A DNA stretch of 21,403 nt from Candidatus Bathyarchaeia archaeon (GTDB lineage: Archaea > Thermoproteota > Bathyarchaeia > Bathyarchaeales > Bathycorpusculaceae): assembly GCA_038883795.1 (NCBI GenBank), contig JAVZLK010000027.1:1-21403 (forward strand), given 5' to 3'. The notes beneath the pieces are model-generated. The model made no database searches, was not told the DNA's origin, and was given only the letters and a program-made list of their open reading frames with translations. Within the stretch, counting starts at the first letter, position 1. Each line of letters begins with the position of its first letter. This document shows positions 16,155 to 21,403 of the stretch, in pieces. A program made the position numbers and the translations under genes.

Positions 16155-18026
16155 ATGCTGGCCGAGAAACGCTATGTTTGGCACCCGCTGTTAAAGGAGA
16201 AAGCCGTAGAGGATAGGCTTTACCAGAACAGGATTCTGGAAAGAGCCCGCAAATGCAACACTCTTGTTGTCTTGCCGACAGCCCTCGGAAAAACAGTCAT
16301 AGCACTGCTATTAGCGATAGAAAAGGCCGAGGAGGGCAAAATATTCTTTTTAGCGCCCACAAGGCCCCTAGTCCAGCAGCACCACCAAACCTTCCTAGAC
16401 AAAACATGGTTCGACGAAGCCGAACTAGCCCTTGTTACCGGGCGTTATCCGCCAAACCATAGAGCCGCCCTATACAACAGGGCGAAGGTTGTTTTCGCCA
16501 CTCCACAATGCGTTTGGAACGACTTGAAAAGCGGGCTTTTAAGGCTTGATAATGTCGCGCTCATAATTTTTGATGAGGCCCACAGGGCTAGGGGAAACTA
16601 CGCCTACGTTGGCATAGCCACCTACTATTTTAGGCAATGCCGCAAACCCCTAGTTTTGGGTTTAACGGCTTCTCCGGGAGGAAGCGAAGAGAAAATAGCT
16701 GAAGTTTGCAGGAATTTGGGCATAAAAGCCATAGAACACCGAACAGACGAGGACAAGGACGTTAAGCCCTACATCCAACCCATAGAGGTTGAATGGCGCC
16801 GTGTAAAGCCTCCAGAACAGTATTTAGCCGTTAGAGACAAGCTTAGGCAGATGCTGGTTGAGCGTGTCAAGGGCTTGCAGGCTCTCGGCGTTTTAACGGA
16901 CAAGCAGCCAGCCTTCATAACAAGGCGCGATCTAGTAGAGCTTAACGAGGAATTGCAGCGTAGGCTTGGAGGAGGAGAAGGCGGATACCTATACCAGCTT
17001 AAAGTTGAAGCAACAGCAGCCCTAAGCATAGCCCACATGATAGAACTAATAGAGTCGCAGGGGCCAGAAACCCTAGAAGCCTTCATAGAGAAAAGCCTGA
17101 AACGCATGGCCATGGAGGGAAGCAAGGGCCACAAATCAATCCTAAACGATCCACTCTTCATAGAAGCTAGAAAAAACCTTAGAAGCTGCACGGCAACACA
17201 AAACCCGAAAGTAACAGAGCTTGTCAAAGTTTTGGAGGCCCAGCTCCAAGCCAAACCAGACTCGAGGCTTATAATTTTTACGCAGTACCGCGACACAGTA
17301 AACGCCCTAACCAAAGCCCTAAACAACAATTCAAGGCTTAGGGTTGAACGCTTCGTGGGCCAAGGCGAACGTGAAGGCGACCCTGGAATGAGCCAAGAAC
17401 AGCAACGTGAAGTCCTTGAAAAGCTTAGAAATGGCGAAACAAACGTTTTGGTGGCAACAAGCATAGCTGAGGAAGGCTTAGACATTCCAGAAGTGGACCA
17501 CGTAATATTTTATGAGCCTGTTCCAAGCGAGATACGCTACATACAGCGAAGGGGCAGAACAGGAAGACGCGTAGCAGGAAAAGTAACCATCCTAATAGCC
17601 GAAGACACCGTTGACGAAGCCTTCTACTGGTCAAGCATCTCAAGAGCAAGAAAAATGAAGCGCATAATAAGCCAACTAAACAGGAAACTGTCAGAACTGC
17701 TAAAGGAGAAGGCCAAGCCAACCATAACCCTAATGGACTACCAGCCACAAACGACACAAGCCACAACAACAAGCGCCCAAACACAAGCCGCTCCACCTAA
17801 AAAGGAGCTCTGGAAACCACAAACAATACAGACGAAAGGCCTAAGCCAAGCCATAAAGTGGCTGATGGAAAACCTCCCAAACCAAACAATAACAATAGAA
17901 GAAGTCGTCCAACGGGCCTATGAAGATGAAGGCCTAGAAAAGGCAGCCGTTGAAACAGCCATATGGCGCCTAACACAACAAGGCCAAATATACCAGCCAG
18001 AACCGGGAAAAATAAGAAAACTATGA
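16155..18026 (+). CDS. Hef/FANCM(Mph1)-like SF2 DEAH helicase lacking the ERCC4 nuclease, with C-terminal winged helix
   Basis: RLYQ, LPTALGKT, APTRPLVQQH, DEAHRARGNYAY, LTASPG, IIFTQYRDT, FVGQ, ATSIAEEGLDIP, YEPVPSEIRYIQRRGRTGR. Confidence 0.9.
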   Translation: MLAEKRYVWHPLLKEKAVEDRLYQNRILERARKCNTLVVLPTALGKTVIALLLAIEKAEEGKIFFLAPTRPLVQQHHQTFLDKTWFDEAELALVTGRYPPNHRAALYNRAKVVFATPQCVWNDLKSGLLRLDNVALIIFDEAHRARGNYAYVGIATYYFRQCRKPLVLGLTASPGGSEEKIAEVCRNLGIKAIEHRTDEDKDVKPYIQPIEVEWRRVKPPEQYLAVRDKLRQMLVERVKGLQALGVLTDKQPAFITRRDLVELNEELQRRLGGGEGGYLYQLKVEATAALSIAHMIELIESQGPETLEAFIEKSLKRMAMEGSKGHKSILNDPLFIEARKNLRSCTATQNPKVTELVKVLEAQLQAKPDSRLIIFTQYRDTVNALTKALNNNSRLRVERFVGQGEREGDPGMSQEQQREVLEKLRNGETNVLVATSIAEEGLDIPEVDHVIFYEPVPSEIRYIQRRGRTGRRVAGKVTILIAEDTVDEAFYWSSISRARKMKRIISQLNRKLSELLKEKAKPTITLMDYQPQTTQATTTSAQTQAAPPKKELWKPQTIQTKGLSQAIKWLMENLPNQTITIEEVVQRAYEDEGLEKAAVETAIWRLTQQGQIYQPEPGKIRKL

Positions 18027-18148
18027 AAAGGTCCACCAAATCCGCATATCATTAACAAGTAATAAGCTATGAAAAAGATTAAGGCTAAATTTTAACAGCA
18101 TCTGATAAAGGCAGAAAGGGAGGAGACCGTCAGCATAAACCCTTTATA

Positions 18149-18505
18149 TTAGGTTTCTGATGCATCCTCCCTTTTCATTTTCAATGCCAACCTAACCAGT
18201 AGGATAGCTGCCAACGAGAATAGGAGCGAGGCTAAAGCTATCATCATGCCTACCACAATGTTTCTATACGGCGGCGCTGCAGCAAAGCCCACTATGAACC
18301 CGCCTAGAGTCGAACATAGAATTATTAAGAACTCTAAGGTAGCCCTGTATTTCCAAGCGAGTATCCCAGCAATAATTAGGGCTATTACAACAAAAATCGC
18401 AGGCGACACCACAACGCTTGGGGTCTCTTCCGGAGTTGGAGGCGGCGGCTGCTGCATCAACAGCTTGACAAGGCACGTTAACATTGTTCCCACTTTTAAC
18501 CACAC
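18149..18505 (-). CDS. Small membrane protein (Pro-rich stretch + about 3 TM)
   Basis: QQPPPPTPEETPS followed by three hydrophobic segments. Start uncertain. Confidence 0.55.
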   Translation of the reverse strand: MWLKVGTMLTCLVKLLMQQPPPPTPEETPSVVVSPAIFVVIALIIAGILAWKYRATLEFLIILCSTLGGFIVGFAAAPPYRNIVVGMMIALASLLFSLAAILLVRLALKMKREDASET

Positions 18506-18548
18506 TCACGAAAGTAATCAACCAATGCGATAATAAATTTCAAATTTT

Positions 18549-18713
18549 TTAACTGTGAACCTTTTCTGTTATTAGTGATATGCTTTTTGCGTATTCCATG
18601 AAGGCTTGGCGTAAGACTTCGCTTTCTCCTATGCCGAGGCTTTTTGCTATGCGCTCCAACAAATGTTTTTGTTCTTTGCTTAGGTAGACTTTAACCCAGC
18701 TTTTCCTCCGCAT
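18549..18713 (-). CDS. Ribbon-helix-helix transcription regulator, 54 aa, absent from the ORF track
   Basis: Manual translation: MRRKSWVKVYLSKEQKHLLERIAKSLGIGESEVLRQAFMEYAKSISLITEKVHS-stop. Classic CopG/RHH pattern; divergent from the head genes. Confidence 0.9.
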   Translation of the reverse strand: MRRKSWVKVYLSKEQKHLLERIAKSLGIGESEVLRQAFMEYAKSISLITEKVHS

Positions 18714-18724
18714 AACTCTTTAAA

Positions 18725-18780
18725 CCTACATAAGTTCCTACATAGTTACCGTTCAACATTTGAATTTTAAAACTTTTCTT
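18725..18780 (-). promoter_or_regulatory. Promoter and candidate operator of the RHH gene
   Basis: Minus-strand GAAAAAGTTTTAAA (BRE/TATA) at about 18778-18765. Direct repeat CCTACATAAGTT/CCTACATAGTT at 18725-18747 covers the expected transcription start. Confidence 0.55.
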
Positions 18781-18802
18781 CCACCCAAAAGCTTCAAGGT
18801 CT

Positions 18803-20617
18803 GTGGTTGAAATCCCCTGGACAGAAACCGACCAGTATATTCGCAGCGGACACCGCAATCCGGAGGATTTTCAGCTAGACAGTTTCCGCACTATAACACT
18901 CAGCGAGGATGAGGGCATTAAGGCTGTTGTCGGCAAGCCTAAAGGCTCCGACAGGATGGAGGTTCAAAGCTACCTTTTCGACAAGAGTAAGGGTTGGACT
19001 TTAGATAAGGCGAAGGCTTGGTTTGAAGGGCACCGTGAAACACTGGTTAGGGAGCATTTCACGGCCGTTCTCCCCTTCCAGGTTTTGGAGAAAGTTGTTG
19101 ACAAGCCCTTGCGTATCCGCGGCATAGCCATGAAGGTTGGCATGAGCCGAAACCGCAACATTTACACGCCTGAAGAGCTTCACGCCTTCGCTTCTAAACT
19201 GGTTGGGGTTCCTCTTTACATTGAGCATGTGGCTGTCCCAAACGCTATTGGGCGAGTAACAAACGCCTACTTTGACGGCGAAAACCTCTGGTATGAAGCT
19301 GAAATCTATGATGATGAATACGCTGAGAAAATCCGGAAGGGCTTAATCCAGCATGTAAGCGTAGGAGCAGACTATGAAACCATAGACATCCTAGACGGAA
19401 AAGTGCCCCACGGACTGCACAACGCCGAGCTAAGCCTTGTAGCCGTGCCGGGCATACCTGAAACCAACATCCAAATACTCGAGAAGCTCAACCAAGCCAA
19501 CGCCCCGCCCATAGCGGAGCAAAGCGACGTTTTACCCCTACAAGCAGGCGAATACTATTTGGCATATTATCGGGACCCCAACGCCTTCCTACCCCAACAC
19601 TTCACAGCCACGTGGCTAGACAGAGAAAACGGCGTTTTAGCCGTCAAAGGCCGACTGAAGGATAAGCCTGAAGAAACCCGGATTCAAGCCATCCTTTTCG
19701 CCAGGGAAAAATGGGATGAAGCCAAAATCCAGGACTGGCTAAGGCTTCACCCTCAATACATTGTTGAAAAGGCGGAATTCTCAGTCCCGAAAGCATCTGA
19801 GGCGGATACTTCGAAAGGGCTGAAAGAGGTGGTTGAAACGTCTGAAAACAAGCCTAAAACCCTTTCAACCCAGCTTTGGGAAAGGGTTTGGAGCACCCGC
19901 TACAAAAACGAATTGCCAGACGACGCCTTCGCCTTAATACTGCCAGGCGGCGAAAAAGACGAGACGGGCAGAACCAAGCCTAGAAGCCTAAGGCTTTTCC
20001 CATACAAAAACGCTCAGGGCAAGGTGGACCTCCCCCACTTGAGAAACGCCAACGCCAGAGTCAGCCAAATGATCGACGGCAAGATACCGCGTGGACAAGC
20101 CACCGTCGACCAGCTTAAACAAGCCCAAAGAAAACTTGTAGCCGTCAAAAAGAAGCTTGGCATAGGCGCGGCAGCCGAAGAAATGAAACTTTACGAGGAA
20201 ATAAACGCTGAAGAGGAAGTTCCCGAAAAGATTGAGCCCTTGCCTGAGCCAACAAGTGACGAGTTTCTGCAAAGCCTCGAAGACGCGTTAGACGAAATAT
20301 GGAACGCCATAGAAGACCTACAAGGCAGAATCCAAAAACTTGAGCAGACCAAGCCTCAAGTCAAGGGTCAAGACGAAACAGGGAAAGACACAATAACTGA
20401 ACAGCTAACCGTGAAACAGCAGGCAAAGGACCCCAACCTAATAGACAAGAGGAAAATTTTGGAGCTTATACCGCCCGAAAGGGTTGTCCGCTCATGGAGT
20501 TACGGCCCAAGACAGCTTGTTTACAAGATCCGCTACCTGCTTTCACAGTCCTCAAACGGACAGGGAGTAAGCCAGGACGAACTGGCTGAAACCCAAAAAC
20601 AAAGTAGGAGTGACTAA
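18803..20617 (+). CDS. Viral prohead maturation protease/scaffold multidomain protein
   Basis: HK97-type protease core IRGIA..SRNRNIY..PLYIEH..IGRV..HVSVG..ELSLVAVPG, an internal repeated domain, an LPDDAFA..FPY..DLPHLRNA domain and an acidic coiled-coil tail. Lies upstream of cement and capsid genes. Confidence 0.85.
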   Translation: MVEIPWTETDQYIRSGHRNPEDFQLDSFRTITLSEDEGIKAVVGKPKGSDRMEVQSYLFDKSKGWTLDKAKAWFEGHRETLVREHFTAVLPFQVLEKVVDKPLRIRGIAMKVGMSRNRNIYTPEELHAFASKLVGVPLYIEHVAVPNAIGRVTNAYFDGENLWYEAEIYDDEYAEKIRKGLIQHVSVGADYETIDILDGKVPHGLHNAELSLVAVPGIPETNIQILEKLNQANAPPIAEQSDVLPLQAGEYYLAYYRDPNAFLPQHFTATWLDRENGVLAVKGRLKDKPEETRIQAILFAREKWDEAKIQDWLRLHPQYIVEKAEFSVPKASEADTSKGLKEVVETSENKPKTLSTQLWERVWSTRYKNELPDDAFALILPGGEKDETGRTKPRSLRLFPYKNAQGKVDLPHLRNANARVSQMIDGKIPRGQATVDQLKQAQRKLVAVKKKLGIGAAAEEMKLYEEINAEEEVPEKIEPLPEPTSDEFLQSLEDALDEIWNAIEDLQGRIQKLEQTKPQVKGQDETGKDTITEQLTVKQQAKDPNLIDKRKILELIPPERVVRSWSYGPRQLVYKIRYLLSQSSNGQGVSQDELAETQKQSRSD

Positions 20618-20619
20618 GC

Positions 20620-21039
20620 ATGGCAGACCTGTATCCAGACGTAGATGTAGGCGACGCCGTAACAAGCATGGCTGAAACAGAAATACTAAGCTTCACAGCC
20701 GCAGCCGACATAACCAAAGGAGACCCCGTCTACCTCACAGCCGACCTAACCGTAAGCCCGGCAACATCAGCCCAAGACTGCATAGGAATAGCCCTAAAAT
20801 CAACAAAGGCAGGCGAACAGGTTCCAGTCTGCGTTAAAGGCGTCGTCAAAGTCGTCGCCGGCGGAGCCATAACCAGGGGAAAAGCCGTCTACGGCGCAGA
20901 CTCTTCAAAGCGAGTTTTAGCCTTAGCCGACATAAACGAGGGTGGAACAGCAACCCACAGCTGGACACGAAAGCTTGGATTAGCCCTACAAAGCTTCTCA
21001 GCGGCAGGCGACACAGGCCTAATCTACGTGTGCAAGTAG
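20620..21039 (+). CDS. Capsid cement/decoration protein (DUF2190-like)
   Basis: FTAAADITKGDPVYL..IGIAL..AGEQVPVCVKGVVKVVAGGAITRG; positioned between the protease and capsid genes. Confidence 0.8.
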   Translation: MADLYPDVDVGDAVTSMAETEILSFTAAADITKGDPVYLTADLTVSPATSAQDCIGIALKSTKAGEQVPVCVKGVVKVVAGGAITRGKAVYGADSSKRVLALADINEGGTATHSWTRKLGLALQSFSAAGDTGLIYVCK

Positions 21040-21053
21040 AGGAGGGACGGCGT

Positions 21054-21403
21054 ATGCCAAAACTTTTTGAACAGTTGATGAAGGACCCAGCCTTCAACGC
21101 CGAAGTTAAAGAAATGCTAGTGCGGATAAGCCAAAACCCCTTCTACCAACGCTACATCAAAAAGGGCGTTGAAGAAGGATTGTTCAGCGACGCAGCACAG
21201 GCTTTGGGACGCATGCACGACACCGTTGTTGAAGCCGCAAAGCCAAACCTGATAGGCAGAGAAATCATATGGGTCCGACCCACAAAAGAACCTCTTGAAC
21301 GTTTTCCAAAAGCCAAGAAGGGCAAAGCCTACGTCATGGCTGAAGGTGCAGGGGATTCTTCACAAATTGTTAAAGAAATAAAGGAGCGAACAAGATATGA
21401 TGT
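21054..21403 (+). CDS. Major capsid protein (HK97-type), 5' partial
   Basis: Open frame to the window end after a GGAGG SD: MPKLFEQLMKDP...DTVVEAAKPNLIGREIIWVRPTKEPLERFPKAKKGKAYVMAEGA. The E-loop-like region ending in AEG and the gene order support the call. Confidence 0.75.
   Translation, partial: MPKLFEQLMKDPAFNAEVKEMLVRISQNPFYQRYIKKGVEEGLFSDAAQALGRMHDTVVEAAKPNLIGREIIWVRPTKEPLERFPKAKKGKAYVMAEGAGDSSQIVKEIKERTRYD

Larger units (their letters stand above)
18549..21403. mobile_element. Head module of a tailed archaeal virus/provirus (boundaries unknown; the element may include the whole window)
   Basis: Protease-cement-capsid gene order and higher GC than the left 15 kb. No integrase, terminase, portal or att site is visible in the window. 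Confidence 0.75.

Noticed and set aside
16155-18026. Helicase as the DpdJ/DpdE/DpdF component of the island
   Set aside because: Its motifs are Hef/Mph1-type, and it lies in the higher-GC segment, separated from the island by two repeat-bounded junctions.
16220-18039. Long antisense ORFs (e.g. 16769..17485, 17425..17796), and likewise 3592..4077, 11910..12335, 5277..5603 and other short overlapping ORFs
   Set aside because: They are shadows of well-supported genes on the opposite strand or frame, with no recognisable motifs.
18026-18040. GAAAAGGTCCAC-like and AACTGTG-like short matches to the RHH repeat (also near 1484 and 15644)
   Set aside because: Matches are 12 bp or shorter, imperfect, and do not extend; compatible with chance.
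15008-18620. The three repeats as a CRISPR array or tRNA-derived att sites
   Set aside because: Spacing is 0.7 and 2.8 kb, there are no cas genes and no tRNA structure, and the repeats are explained as protein-coding RHH 3' ends.
1-21403. Inferring the modification target from motif depletion (e.g. GATC)
   Set aside because: GATC occurs repeatedly, and reliable k-mer statistics cannot be done by eye on 21 kb.

Overview
The window looks archaeal (archaeal-type TATA/BRE motifs, Hef and RHH proteins; Bathyarchaeia-like is only an impression) and has two compositionally distinct parts. (1) About 1-15 kb is AT-rich and forms a candidate defence/DNA-modification island built around two different guanine transglycosylases, divergently transcribed from one region that also encodes an unannotated 46-aa RHH protein. 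One is a clear DpdA fused to a DUF6884/YaaA-like domain; the other is a short, PUA-less archaeosine-TGT-like paralog. They are accompanied by two paralogous BrxD/DpdH-like AAA+ ATPases and a probable degenerate third, two winged-helix-like proteins, a HerA/FtsK-type ATPase, a PLD (HKD) nuclease, a PD-(D/E)xK nuclease, an HhH-GPD/Fe-S glycosylase-like protein and a solitary ECF S-component (candidate 7-deazaguanine precursor importer). No DpdB, DpdE/F/J helicases or queCDE genes are seen in the window, so this may be a non-canonical archaeal 7-deazaguanine restriction-modification system with BREX/Ssp-like architecture. (2) About 15.9-21.4 kb is more GC-rich and contains a Hef-type helicase whose nuclease is replaced by an MCM-like winged helix, an unannotated 54-aa RHH gene, and the start of a tailed-virus head module (prohead protease/scaffold, cement protein, HK97-type capsid 5' end). 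Two extra copies of the RHH gene's 3' end, differing mostly at synonymous sites, delimit cargo cassettes and suggest a recombination hotspot. All family calls come from motif recognition by eye; no database searches were run.
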